Source: the human T2T-CHM13v2.0 reference genome, Homo sapiens. From it: a stretch of DNA of 64,000 nucleotides. Numbering within the stretch: position 1 is the stretch's first letter; each line of letters begins with the position of its first letter. A program made the translations under genes and the position numbers. Under the pieces are notes generated by a model. It saw nothing but the letters and a program-made list of their open reading frames with translations, did no database searches and was not told where the DNA came from. The DNA lies in the NCBI RefSeq assembly GCF_009914755.1, contig NC_060936.1, one strand, 5' to 3'. Shown piece by piece: positions 43,965 through 56,898 of the stretch.

Positions 43965-44315
43965 CTTTATGCCCTTGCCATGCTCCTCCTACCACATGGC
44001 CTTTGCATGGGTCATTCCATCTCTCTGGAGCACTGTTACCTCCCATTTTTCCTGGTTAATTACCCATTAGTTCTTCAGATTGCAGCTCCAGTTTTACTTT
44101 CTCAGGTAAGTCTTCACCTCCGTAGTCACATTCCCCTCCAACAGGCTCTCACAGCACATACACCTTTTGTTCATTATGGTGGCACCTATATGACAATTTG
44201 ATTAATGGAAGCTCTATCATGGCACTGACTATGTCTATTTTTACTCACCATTGAGTTTCTAATTCTGGCACATGGTATGGTCTTAATAAATATTTATTAA
44301 ATAAATGAATGAATA
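43965..44315 (+). mobile_element. L2 3' end
   Basis: GGCCTTTGCATGGGTCATTCCATCTCTCTGGA...TCTGGCACATGGTATGGTCTTAATAAATATTTATTAAATAAATGAATGAAT. Confidence 0.8.
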
Positions 44316-44351
44316 GCTTGTGTTTCCTGGATTACACTTAAGAATTTCTGA

Positions 44352-44655
<304 letters not shown>

Positions 44656-45289
44656 TTAGATGCTTGTATCCAGGATGCATTTTGTTTCATGCTTGCACTG
44701 GCACAGTGTGTTGGCAATTAGTGTGATGTGTTCTCACACTCTATAGTCATACCATTAGTGGCTGTTGAAAAATGAAACATTATATTGCTCTCTTATTTCT
44801 GGTAGTACGTTTTGTAAATTGCATCACACAATTGCAATGTCACCATCCTTGTTGATATGTGTTTCTTATAATATAATGCACACAGTTGTTGATAAAATGT
44901 AGCTAGAAATATTCTATGGAGAAGAATACTAGGCTTTAATGGTTTCTGATGTAGGTATGAATGATTACCACTGTGAATGCAGCTGAAAAGTGGTAATAGA
45001 TAAGCAGAAACATTTTGAAGTGTAATTAGTTTTTGAGAATTCTGAGGCCATGCCAGTATTTGGCAGAAAATATTGATGCCATGAACTGTATGGATGTAAG
45101 AGGTGGGAAGCGATAGTATATTTGCTTTCTTTGGTATGGTATTTTGGAATCTCAGAGAAATAACGAAGAAATATAACAAGTGTTCTGTGTTCTCAAGAAG
45201 CTCATAGTTGGGAAATGGTCCATATAAATATTTCTAAAAATCTGGATTTCTAACAATATAGCCCCCCACACAGAGAGTGCATTCTTCTG

Positions 45290-45862
45290 TAGTCACAATT
45301 AAAGGTAGAGACAAAATCATCCCAGTAATCTACACAGCCGTGTGTAACCTGGACGCCAACCTCCACTCCCACCCCCCGTGCCTCTGACTTCACTTCCTAT
45401 TGCTCTTTCCTTCTCTCACCCCTGTCACCCCATGCCAGCCACATTGGCCAACTGACTGTTTCTCCCTCAGGACTTTTGCCTGTGCTGTTCCCTCCTCATG
45501 GCATGCTATTCCCATAAATAACCATATGGCTGGCCCTCTCCTATCCTTCCCAGTGAGGCCTATTTTGGCCACTCTGTTTAAAACTGTAACATCTGCCAAT
45601 CTCAATGCCTGAACTTCTCTCCCTTTAATTTTCTCCAACACATCAAACACTATCTGATAATACTATATATTTTACTTACTTATCCTGTATTTTTGCTGCC
45701 TTCTCTCACAAAAATATAAGTTCTTGGAGAACAGAGATTTCTTCACTGTTTTTAGTGTGTCTTCTTCACTGTTGCATCTCCAGTGCATAGTGTAGCATTG
45801 ATAGGACCTGACCTGACCCATAGTAAGAGCTCAATAAATATGTGTTGAATAAATAAATGAAA
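45290..45862 (+). mobile_element. L2a 3' end
   Basis: CCTCAGGACTTTTGCCTGTGCTGTTCCCTC...CATAGTAAGAGCTCAATAAATATGTGTTGAATAAATAAATGA. Confidence 0.85.
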
Positions 45863-46379
45863 GCACTGCAATAAATGAAAGAAAAGGGGGAGATGCATAG
45901 GCTTTGGACTCTATCTCTGCCATTTACTTTTTGTGTAATCCCAGGCACAATATCTTCTGTGAAACTTATCTGTCAAATAAGGAATATCTCTTTTCATTAC
46001 TGTCTTGAATTTTTCTTGTATGTGTCACCTCTTCCTGAATTGTAGAAGTGAGACTAGTAATCACTTCCATTCTTCTCCAGGTGACCTTGTAGGCTGGTGC
46101 TCAATAAGTGACAGACGTTGTTATCAGAAAGGCTTTCTGGAGGAGCCAGTTTTGAGTAGATAGAGATTTGATACATGTAGGGTGGTGTTTGCTATTGTTA
46201 TCATGCTTAAGCACAGGGTCTGCTCTGCGCAGAATGAAATGAGAGTGTTGGAGCAGGCTAAGAATCACTGAGCTATTTGGAAGACAGCAAGATGAAGAAG
46301 GACTTGTGGAAAACCAAGAGAATCTTAGGAGGCCATGATATGACTAAATATCAGGTGGAGAAGATGCTTTCTTTCTATA

Positions 46380-46600
46380 CATGTGGATGTTTGGAATTAG
46401 GAAAATTGAGTCACAGGGCTGGGAGGTAATTTTAGGAACCCTTCTGGGGTACTAGAATTGTTCTCTGTATTGAACTGGGTGGTGGTTACATTGGTGAATC
46501 CATATGCTCATTTATGAGTCTCTGCACTTTACAGTATATTAGTTAAAATTCATCAAGCCATGTACTTTACCATATGGAAGTACTACTTCAATAAAAAAGC
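46380..46600 (+). mobile_element. L1ME-like 3' fragment
   Basis: CTTCTGGGGTACTAGAATTGTTCTCTGTATTGAACTGGGTGGTGGTTACA...AAAATTCATCAAGC...TACTTCAATAAAAAA. Confidence 0.65.
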
Positions 46601-47314
46601 AAAAGTATGTCTATGTTTATGTGTGTGTGTGTCGGGGGGGGTTCTAAAGAAACTTACTTAGCAATGATGAGGTGATGATATCAATAGCTATGAAATCACA
46701 TTCAAGCAAGACATTTATCATTGATTAATGGCATAGAGAAAAGAACTGGGACTCAAGAGACCAGAAAGATGATGGCACCTCTGCTTGGGCTAAGGAAGTG
46801 GGGTAGCAGTGCTTTTTGGGCAGTGTGGGGAAGAAGAGGAGGATCAAGGGAGCTTCGTTGGGGCCCTTTAGTGACAAGTCTCGGCAAGGTGGACTGTGAA
46901 GCAACTTCCAGTAGGAGAGTTCTCTTTAAAGTTAAAAGGACAACTGATAGTGCTGCAGACTGTGCAACTTTCTGCTCTGGGCCCATGAAGAGAGTTTTAA
47001 AATCTCCTTGTGGAAGTTGGAGGCATTTTTTTTTTTTTTTTAAGCACTGGAAAAGAATGTGGGAGAGCTCTAGAAATTCTGGCTTTCTAAAGTAAAACTT
47101 ATAGTACCAAATATCTATAAAAAAACTTTTGTGAGTAGTTTGAGACTGATTTTATTGCAAAAAATCATAGAATGCAGAACTAAAAAAGATTTCAGATGCC
47201 GTCTGATTGAATAACTTCATTTTCTAGAAGCTGAGTTTCAGGAAGTTATGGTGCAGCCACAGTGACACAGCTGGGTCACATAAAGCTGAAGAGAACTTAG
47301 AACTCAGTAGCAAC

Positions 47315-47640
<326 letters not shown>

Positions 47641-47646
47641 TTAAGA

Positions 47647-47824
47647 TTCCCTCCCTTTCTCCTTTCCTTCTTTCCTTCCTTACCTCCCTCTCTCCCTCTC
47701 TCCCTCCCTCCCTCCCTCTCTCCCTCCCTCCATTCTTCCCTTTCTTCCTCCCTCCTTTCCTTCCTTCCTCCCTTCCTCCCTCCAATACCTCAGTCCTTCT
47801 CTCCCTCCCTCCCTTCCTTTCTTT
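47647..47824. repeat. CT-rich low-complexity tract (CCCT/CCTT)
   Basis: Direct reading. Confidence 0.92.
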
Positions 47825-49649
47825 GTCAAATTGGGAAGTGTATTTAGCAACCCTTTTAATAACAGGGTGAATAATTACTTTTTAGATATGAAGAAATTAT
47901 ATTTATTTTAGTTCACTATAGTCAATAAATTGTTATTGGACTCAAATTATTTACTGTATTGAAATGTATTCTGAATTGTTTATCTAATTGGAACTGTGAA
48001 ATAAAATGCTGATTTGTATTCTGTATAGGCACTTGCTTTAAAATGTGTAATAAGATTGTTTTAGGGTCAATAGCACCTTCACAAAAGGAAAGCAAAATGA
48101 TTAATATTATAATCTTAAATAAGCTATTCAAACAAATACAGCAGCACACTTTAATTTCTTAATTCACACTAAGTTGTTAGAAAAATTACTCATGTTCACA
48201 GCATGGGTTCTTACTTCTGGGTCTGCAAAACTAAAACAAAAAGAGATGACATGACAATATTGAAAGAAAAGTCAACAATTATAATTTTCAAACTTAACCT
48301 AGTCATCATCAGTTAAATAATCAAAGAAGTGAGTCAGTTTTGAGATGTGTCTTAGAACATTTTCAGTTAAAAGGGGCAAGTTCATTTTCATCTCTTAGTT
48401 ATAGCTAAGGTAAAATTGATAGCCTAAATATTATTTTTTAAATTATGCATTGTGACTAAAATTTAATAGACCATTACACACTATATTAAGGCTCACAATG
48501 ATTCTTCTTATTTCAAATATCAAAGCATAAAACTGGTTATCATCTTTTAGTAAAATAGAATATATCTGGTAAAAGAATTAAGACATTTTTCCATCCCTAT
48601 AAGTGCATGTGGAGAAAGAATTTGAAAATACTTATAGCTTGAGCTTATATGGGGTTCTACCCCTAAACAGACTTGGCATCGCTTGTTCTATTCCCACATG
48701 TGGTCTGCTCGACCTCTAAATTAGGAATAAAAAGAATAACAGGAATGTGGAGATGTGTTTTCTCTTTGATCCATTCTCTGATCATAAAGGAAACTGGGAA
48801 TATGGAAATGTGTTTTCTCTTTGATGCAGGTTTTAATCAGCATATTTATAAGCAGTGTAGGGAGTTCTTGCAGAGAAATAGAGATGAGAGGAATCTCCCA
48901 CCCTGGCACTTCTTTGGTTCTGATGTATCCAATGTAGAAAATACAGAGGTGCTCAGCTTTCATGGCAGGGTTCAATCAGATAGTTAACAAGTATTTATCA
49001 AGGATCCACGGGGCACATAACTTTGAACGGCACTCCAGGCATAAACAGTAACTTCTCACAACTCAGCTGTATGGGTAGGAGATTTAAGTGTGGTTAAGAG
49101 CTTCGTACTGACAAACGTGGCTTTACCCTTAATCCAGAAACTGGCATTAAATTGGATATTATACCATTGTTGCTGTGGAAGTATTCACCAGGTTGGTATG
49201 GAAATTCGCCCATATCCTGGGAAGCCCACATCTGTGATGTCTCCTGGTCCTAGTGTGTGTATTGAATTATCTGTCATTTTTGAGTTCTTCAATTCCCGAC
49301 ATTAAGTGGAAATCTCGCTCTCTTAGTGATCAGGATTGTGCCTCTAGAAACTCAAAGGCGGCCGTGTGTCAGAGACATCATAGGTTTCTAACTGGACTTA
49401 GTGTCTACACTTCTACCTCCTCCTCCTTTTCCTTCTTTTATTCCTAATGCCACCCTCCGCCTCAAAATAGAGCTCAAAATGCTCACCCAACTTTTCCATG
49501 TGGTGATTGACTCCCACACTCAGGTCAGGAATCCTCCTGTGGCTTTGCCTCCATGTTGTCTGTGCCTGTGCTGCCTAATTCTGGAATTGCATTCTCTCCT
49601 CCTTGTTTCCATAATGTGAAAATCCAATCAAAAAGCAGTGGGATATGGA

Positions 49650-49930
49650 GCAGTGGTTCTCACACCTCAATGATAATCTTAATCACCTAGGGACTTTTTT
49701 TTTTTTTTAAGTTTCTGGGCCCAGTTGGTAGAAATTTTGTTTTCAGTCAGTCTGATGATGGGTCAGCTTTGAGAAGCACCATTTTTCTTTAAAGACCCTG
49801 CATGGAATGTGGCTACAGAGCAGCAGCGCTGGCCTCACCTAGGGTGTGTTACAGGCAGAACCTCAGGCCCCAGCCACCAATCGGAGTCGACATTTTAACC
49901 TTCTCCATGCATAAACGTATGAAAGCTGGA
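49650..49930. mobile_element. MER5-family hAT MITE fragments
   Basis: CAGTGGTTCTCACAC...AATCACCTAGGG...TTTGAGAAGCAC; CAGCAGC...TCACCTAGGG...GCAGAACCTCAGGCCCCA. Confidence 0.55.
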
Positions 49931-50376
49931 GATGGGCTTCTGTGAAGAATATTGACCCTGAATCAGAAAATCTAGGTTGTGCTTTAAAAATTGCTATTAG
50001 CAAAATGCCACCTAGGACATGTGCTTTAAACTCTCTCTACTCATTACTTCACAGGAAAGAGTGAGCGCAAGAGCTGGGGGGTGGGGGGTGTGGGGGGAGG
50101 GGGGGAGAGGAAGAAAAAGAGAGGGAATTGGTCTAATCTTATTTTTGAGGATTCTATTTCATTTTAAAGAGATCTTTTAGTAACAAAAGTGAAGAGAAAG
50201 ATAATTAAGAAAAATGAAAATGTCAGGGTGCGTGTGTGTGTGTTATATGCAGTGTATGCAGTGTGTGTACGTATGTGGTTGCATTATACATGTAGTATGT
50301 ATTTGTAGGGTGTGTGTGTATGTGGTATGTGTATTTCTGTGCATGATAATGGGAAAGGAATAATTCCATTTTCCGC

Positions 50377-50799
50377 TGTATTAGTTTGCTAGTGTTGCCA
50401 TAACAAAGTACCCAAGCTAGGTGGCTTAAAACAAAGACATTTATTCTCTCGCAATTCCAGAGGCTGGACGTCCAAAGTCAGGGTGTTGGCAGGGCCACGC
50501 TGTCTCAGAAGGTGCCAAGGGAAGACCTGTTTCAGGCCTCTCAGCTCATGGCAGTTCCTCGGCTCGCAGCAGCATAGCTCAGTCCTCCCATGGTGTTCTT
50601 CCTGTGGGCTTCTGTACCTCCAAATTTTCCCACTTTTATAAAGACGTCAGTCATGTTGGATTAGGGCCCACCCTAATGCTTCATGTTAACTTGATTACCT
50701 CTGTAAAGACCCTATCTCCAAAAAAGGTCACACTCTGAGGTATTGGGGGTTAGGGCTCCAAAATATGAATTTGTGGGGAATGCAATTCAACCCAGAACA
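50377..50799 (-). mobile_element. MLT1C-like MaLR LTR
   Basis: TGTATTAGTTTGCTAG...GGTGGCTTAAAACAAAGACATTTATTCTCTC...CAATTCAACCCAGAACA. Confidence 0.9.
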
Positions 50800-51834
50800 C
50801 CCACAATGAGAGTGCAAAAGAGAAGAAGAATCTGGGGGGCCCTGAATGCCCCTCACTGTCATCCCGTGCCCACCTGGGGTTAGATCAGAACTACTGTGGA
50901 GAGACAGCTCGTGAGCCTCCCTGTTCCCTGGCCTTGAGGTCCCACCAGCCTGGGCTGATTATGCTCAGTGTAATTCGAAAAACACAAATCCTTCCATTTC
51001 ACTGACTTTTACTTCCTGACCTAGGTGAATGGAAGACCAAGACAAATGATCTTTGATGGACTACTGGCAAGGTTTATTACCACTAAAAATCAAACCCACC
51101 ATAATTTATTTCTAATGGCCCAATGGATCCCTGATGAAGGCCTACAAATCTACCAGGCCCTGAGTTCTTACGGCTTCAGGAAGACTAAAACGTCAGCTAT
51201 TTTCTTTACTAGGCACTCCGTCAGGGTCCCCCGGGTCTGATTTTATTATTGCTGTGTCCATGAGGTGTGGTCTGTGCATAATCTGAAAAAGTCAGCTGCA
51301 TGCTGAACAACGTTGATTTAAAGCAAAACACCGTGGATGGACTGACTTCCCCAAATAGTATCGGGCTCAGAGAAAGGCAGTGAAATGAAGCTCAAAGTGA
51401 GAAATGGCTTGGATTTGAGCACCTCCTATATTCACAGAGCCTGAGGGGACAGAGATGAATGCTGCTACCCAGTAGGAGAAACTTCCACCTTAAGAGTATT
51501 TCTCTGAGAGCCCACACAATTACAGTGAGCGACTCACATCATGGGGTAAAATATATTCATACTAAATTTGTCAATGACACTTGCTTTAGTGCACTTAAGT
51601 TCAAGGTGACGTTGAAAATTTGGAGAAGTGGATACATACAAACAAGCAGAGGTTTCAGTGGTAATTCATGTAGGAGAATTCAAACTTTGTAAATATGAAT
51701 TATTGATGGGATTGATTTTGCAAAAGAGTGATAACTAAGTATCAGGCTAGGTGGAGTGAGCAGGTGAAAGCAGAGTGTGGAAATGTCCTATTGTGGAGTA
51801 ATATGTGCAAATAGGATGGACCAGGACTAGCATA

Positions 51835-52250
51835 TGTGTTTTCAAACTTTTTTGACCATGACTCATAGTAAAAAATAATTTTACATTGTGACCTAGAATA
51901 TGTACCCTCACATATATATAAATATGAAACAAAAGTTTGCAGAATAATACTTATCTTTACATGTGAGACTCTATTTCTAATTCTATTCTATTCTATTCTA
52001 TTCTATTCTATTCTATTCTACTCTACTCTACTCTACTCTACTCTACTCTACTCTACTCTACTCTACTCCATCCCATCCCATCCCATCCCATCCCATCCCA
52101 TCCCATCCCATCCCATCCCATCCCATTCCATCCTATTCTGTCCTATCCTACCCTATCGTATTTGCCTTCATTCTTTTTTATTTTCTTTCAATGTTGGCAT
52201 GCCCTGCTGCATTGGTTTTATGACCTGCCTAGTAGGTTGCAACCTGGAAA
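51835..52250. mobile_element. hAT-Charlie-type MITE hosting a compound microsatellite
   Basis: GTGTTTTCAAACTTTTTTGACCATGACTCATAGT start and TTTTATGACCTGCCTAGTAGGTTGCAACC end; subfamily uncertain. Confidence 0.55.
51980..52154. repeat. Compound pentanucleotide repeat (ATTCT)8(ACTCT)9(ACTCC)(ATCCC)11 plus degenerate units
   Basis: Counted directly from the sequence. Confidence 0.97.
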
Positions 52251-52274
52251 GATGAGATAATTATCAGTCTATAC

Positions 52275-52490
52275 CAGTGGTTCTCAAGAGGACAGGGGTT
52301 AAGGAGATTTGATAATATCCAGAAATGTTTGAAGGATGTCACAATTGGGGGCTGTCCTTGGAAACTGGTAGGTAGAGGCCAGAGATTTTATAAAACATCC
52401 TACAATACATAGGACAGCTATGAAGAATTATCCCACAACGAAGAATTATCCTGCCTGAAAAAGCGATAGTGCGCCTGCTAGAAAACTCTG
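52275..52490 (+). mobile_element. MER20 hAT MITE
   Basis: CAGTGGTTCTCAA...GGTAGAGGCCAGAGAT...AAACATCCTACAATACATAGGACAGC...AAGAATTATCC...GAAAACTCTG. Confidence 0.85.
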
Positions 52491-52656
52491 CAATATACTT
52501 AGCAGTCTTCCAAATATTACTTAGAGCATGATTTTCAGTCTGGGTTCCTTAGAGACTTAGGAGCTCTGTAAAGTGGTTCAGGAACCACTCCAGGTGGCAA
52601 GAAGTGGGCCTCTCACCACTCTCACCACCAGTCAGAGGAAGCTGGACTTTAATTCA

Positions 52657-52770
52657 TAGGGTGACCAACTCATTCCGGTTAGCTTGGGACTTTTCTGGTT
52701 TTAGCACTGAAAGCCCTGTGTCCCAGGAGCTCCCTCAGTCCCTAGCAAATTGAGACGTTTGGTCACTCTA
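52657..52770 (+). mobile_element. MER81-like hAT-Blackjack MITE
   Basis: TIRs TAGGGTGACCAA / TTGGTCACTCTA, 114 bp, internal GTTTTAGCACTGAAAG. Confidence 0.85.
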
Positions 52771-53783
52771 TAGTACATAGGACAAGAAGAATAGTGCTTT
52801 AAAAATAAAGATTTTGCTTAAAATAGGAAGAGAAGGATGTTAAAAGCAACTGCTTGCAGATGCATAAATCTTATAATGGAAGGGTGTTGAGAACTTGGAG
52901 GAGACCGCTAAAACATTCCTTTTAAAATGTTTTTAATAATTTGGGGAACAGTCTTGAGAAGAAATGTTAAAGACCTAGGTTTCTCTCCCTGAGCTTAGAA
53001 CCCTGGGGAGAGGAAGACCTTAATCACCATCTTCATGGGAATGAAGCAAGGCTGTTTGAAAGATGTTAAGCAGCTGTTGTCTGCTCTTGCGTTTGACAGG
53101 TTAAGGGCAATTCTAAAATATTAAGCAAAACTTCTTGCCTTAATAAAATTTTTGAAATATCTTGTTCAGGATCCTTCTGAGGAAAAATAAGACAAGAGTA
53201 TCCCTTTTAAAAATTACAACTTTTTTTGAATCAAGTTTTTCCTATAGGCAGGGAACTTGTGGCCTCTTGAGCTTCCTTCAATTCCTAATTCTATGAATGA
53301 CTTAAATCTTTATCTGGAAAGTGCCCTAGGCTAGTTGCATTCTGGAATTAATGAAACAAGACATGAACTCTGTCCTATAGGAGATGACATTCCCTAAATA
53401 GTCAATCAAAAATCAACCTCATCCTTTTTTAGGTCATGTCTTCTTGAAAGTGTCCCTGGAAGGATTTTTTTTTTCTATTCCCTACAAGCCAATTTATTGT
53501 GGTTACTCAGGTAGTTTCTTTCAGATCTCAGAGCTACAACTAATTAAACTTCAACATGTTAGTACCTGACCTCACTGCCTGACCTCTCCTTTCAGTGCCT
53601 TTTGCTGTATTTTGGTTTAGTGTTCTCATATACCCTTAGCAGAAGGTCAACAAAATATTTCAGAACTATAATTAATAATATAGCTTTTGTTCTTTAGAAA
53701 ATTTTTGAAGCAATAGTAATCTCCCCTCAGTAACTATTTGCTGCCCACAGTTAAAATTGTTATGTATTAGGATTACTTCATTT

Positions 53784-54333
53784 TGTTACAGGAAAGGGGT
53801 CCCAATCCAGACCCCAAGAGAGGGTTCTTGGCTCTTGCGCAAGAAAGAATTCCAGGTGAGTCCATAGAGTAAAGTGAAAGCAAGTTGATTAGGAAAGTAA
53901 AGGAACAAAAGAATGGCTACTCCATAGATAGAGCAGCCCTGAGGGCAGCAGTTTGCCCATTTTTGTGATTATTTCTTGATTATATGCTTTAAACAAGGGG
54001 TGGATTATTCATGCCTCCCCTTTTTAGACCATATAGGGTAACTTCCTGACATTACCATGGCATTTGTAAACTATCATGGTACTGATGGGATTACAGCATT
54101 GAGGACAATCAGAGGTCATGCTCATTGCCATCTTGATTTTGGTGGGTTTTGGCTGGCTTCTTGACCATATGCTGTTTTATCAGCAAGGTCTTTATGACCT
54201 GTATCTTGTGCCAGCCTATCTCATCCTGTGACTTAGAATGCCTTAACTGTCTGGGAATGTAGCCCAGGTCTCAGCTTCATTTTACCCAGCCCCTATTCAA
54301 GATGGAGTTGCTCTGGTTCAAACGCTTCTAACA
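53784..54333 (-). mobile_element. MER41A ERV1 solo LTR
   Basis: TGTTACAGGAAAGGGGTCCCAATCCAGACCCCAAGAGAGGGTTCTTGG...CAAGATGGAGTTGCTCTGGTTCAAACGCTTCTAACA; 550 bp; perfect 4-bp TSD ATTT. Confidence 0.93.
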
Positions 54334-55739
54334 ATTTGACACTTCCTTTCCCCAGAAGAGATTGTAATAACATTTTCTCTGGTCAAAATGGAATATTTGC
54401 AAAAGGATGAGGAGAAGGAAGGCATTCCTATAGGTAGAGTGTCTCCAATCATTTTAAAAACAGAAACTACGATTTATTTCCCTGATGCATTGAGTTCTTG
54501 TGTAGAGAGTGATATGTTGGTGAAATCTGACTCAGGAAGGGTGAAGGCTGCTCATCGAGATGGAAAGCGCCAGAAAAGCTCATTAGAGAGTGCTCAGCTG
54601 CTGTGGCTTTTGCTGCCCCCATCACAGACACTTCTGGGGAACTGCAGAGGTGGGTAGCTGGGGGCTGGGGGTTCCCAAATGAGGCTCTTCCCCCAGCTTG
54701 TCAAGATGTTTCTAGATGTAAATAAACAGTGCATTCCTAACAAGGCTACACCTTATTTCCTTCCCTTGGGAATAAAGAGGATCTCCCTGAAAACTCAGGA
54801 ACTGTGGCACTGTGTTTATAGTATTTTAATTATTATAGACGCATTTGCTCAGTTGAAGAGGACTTGGATAATACTTAAATACCTGAATGATCTAGCCTTC
54901 ATTCAAAGAGTCGCTGAGCTATAAAATACTCATTTGCCAAACCCTGTTTTTTAGACCATTAGTTACTACCGAGATCCATAATGATTTGGCCATTTCCAGT
55001 AATAAGCAAAAGAGAGGCGGTTCATTATCTTTAGCACCCGTGACTAAAATTACTTGTTACAACTCTTAACGAATGGTTCTATTTGCTAATGGTTCTTCCT
55101 AAAATGAAACTTGTTTTGTAAAAGAAAAGTCATTTTTCTTCAGATAACAGCAAATATATTTTGTTCTACAATACATATTGTGTCCTTGGCAAAAATTGAA
55201 TGTGAAATCTTTCTTACATTTCACATAAAATATCAGCAAGCAAAGTTTTTGCTGCTTGAGTGAAAAAAAAGTCACTGTGCAAATAGTACCACACAAAGTA
55301 ATGGCTTTGTTGCAGCTTGCTTTCCAGGTAGAATACAATGGCTCAGCACAGACACTTAGAACCAGGTTGGAAAGAGGGTGAATACAAAGAGAATATAGAT
55401 GAGTTGTAGATTCAGGATGATTGGTAATTTACTATACATGTCTTGGCTGGGAAAAAATAACTTGATATTTACCATGGGGTGGAAGGTAAATTTTGAGAGC
55501 CTAGGTTGGTAGGAGAGTGAAAATGAAAGAGAACTCAACTAGTTTGACTACATAATAAATAGGAATTGGATGTCTGCAAAAGAAACAAATAAAGGGGAGG
55601 AGAACAGGAGGAAAGGAAAGCTAAGACACTGGTGAGGAGGTGGGCTCTGAACAGCAGAAATTATGATCATTTTAAGAACAGAAAGCTGAATGTTGAATTT
55701 TGTGTGTTTTTCTGTAATATAAGCTCCCTCACTCTCTCA

Positions 55740-55962
55740 AAACCTTTCATAAAGTCTAAAGTGGCTCGTTCACCCTTCCCTTTTTAGAGCACTTATACTT
55801 TCAGAAACTTTTATATAATTTATGTTTGTTTATGGTCTGGCTTTTCTTACCAAATGAGGAGATTTTGCCCATTTTGTTTCATGATCCAAGGATCTAGGGT
55901 AGTGTGTGACTCAGAATGGACGCTGATAAATATTTTTGAAAGAATGAATAAATGATTGAATG
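55740..55962 (+). mobile_element. L2 3' fragment
   Basis: CTAGGGTAGTGTGTGACTCAGAATGGACGCTGATAAATATTTTTGAAAGAATGAATAAATG. Confidence 0.65.
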
Positions 55963-56220
55963 AGAGCTACCACTATCCTTAAGGCTTTCAGCAAAATTGG
56001 GACAGACCCAAAGGAGCTTGTTAGCCTGCCTAATGTGACCTTATTTAAATCCAGTGGCTGGTACCATCCAAAGGTTCCAGTTACTTTAAAGTTCTAACAG
56101 GCCTCCCTTTTCCCAATTTTCTGTTTCCCAGTAACCTAGCTTTTACTTACATAAACCCAAGGTCTCTCTCCCTAGTCCAGGTGCATGAACTACATTGCAT
56201 ACTGTTCTGTTTTATGAGGA

Positions 56221-56898
56221 TGAGAAATAGAAATGAAATCCTAAAGTCTCTCAACTGACTGAGCAGATCCCCTCTTGGCCAAGGGGACCTCAGTATAACC
56301 TTGAAAACTGAGCTCTGGGCCATGACAGGATGGGGAGGTCAGAACCCCTCCCTTGCTAACCACCATTAGGCTTTCTTCCTTAAGGGCTAAATAGAAACCA
56401 GCCCTTTAAAGAGGCTCCCATGCTGATATCAGCCAACTGCCTGATGCTGACCCTTCTTTCTTGCCTGATAAGAGATCACCAATCATGGAGTGGTTCTGGC
56501 CATTCTACAGAGAATGCACAGTAAGAGTCTTTGTGTCTTCTGCTTCACCTTTTGATATCAAAGGGCCAAAAACTCTACCTTTTGATCATGCTAATGCTGC
56601 CAATTTTTGTACATGGGACCCGTGAAGGGGCATGAAACTCAATTGCACATGCATACATTTCTCCTTTCATAAATATTCAGGACTCCTCCTATCACTTATT
56701 GAATATGTATATTTCACCACCCAGTTCAGCATAAATTCCTGTCTTATTCTACCAACCCTCAAAGTATCTGTTTCTGGCTTCTGACAGGAGGCTATATTTC
56801 CCAGCCTGACAGAATGGCCACCCTACCAGCTGCAACCCTTTATGAGTAATAAAGCTCTCCTTTCAAAATTCATGAACCTCATCATTCTTCAGTTGACA
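56221..56898 (+). mobile_element. ERV1 solo LTR, MER39-like
   Basis: TG...CA ends; CCCCTCTTGGCCAAGGGGACC...GAAAACTGAG; AATAAA at 56848-56853; ends CATTCTTCAGTTGACA. Confidence 0.8.

Noticed and set aside
44793-45179. 128-aa minus-strand ORF in unassigned sequence
   Set aside because: No recognisable domain, non-ATG start, no splice or poly(A) context; may be a decayed ancient repeat.
51980-52154. Identification as the ATXN10/SCA10 repeat, a CRISPR array or satellite DNA
   Set aside because: No spacers or cas genes and eukaryotic context; too short for satellite; nothing in the flanks ties it to ATXN10.
52422-52451. Direct repeat GAAGAATTATCC x2
   Set aside because: Small slippage duplication inside MER20 with no sign of function.
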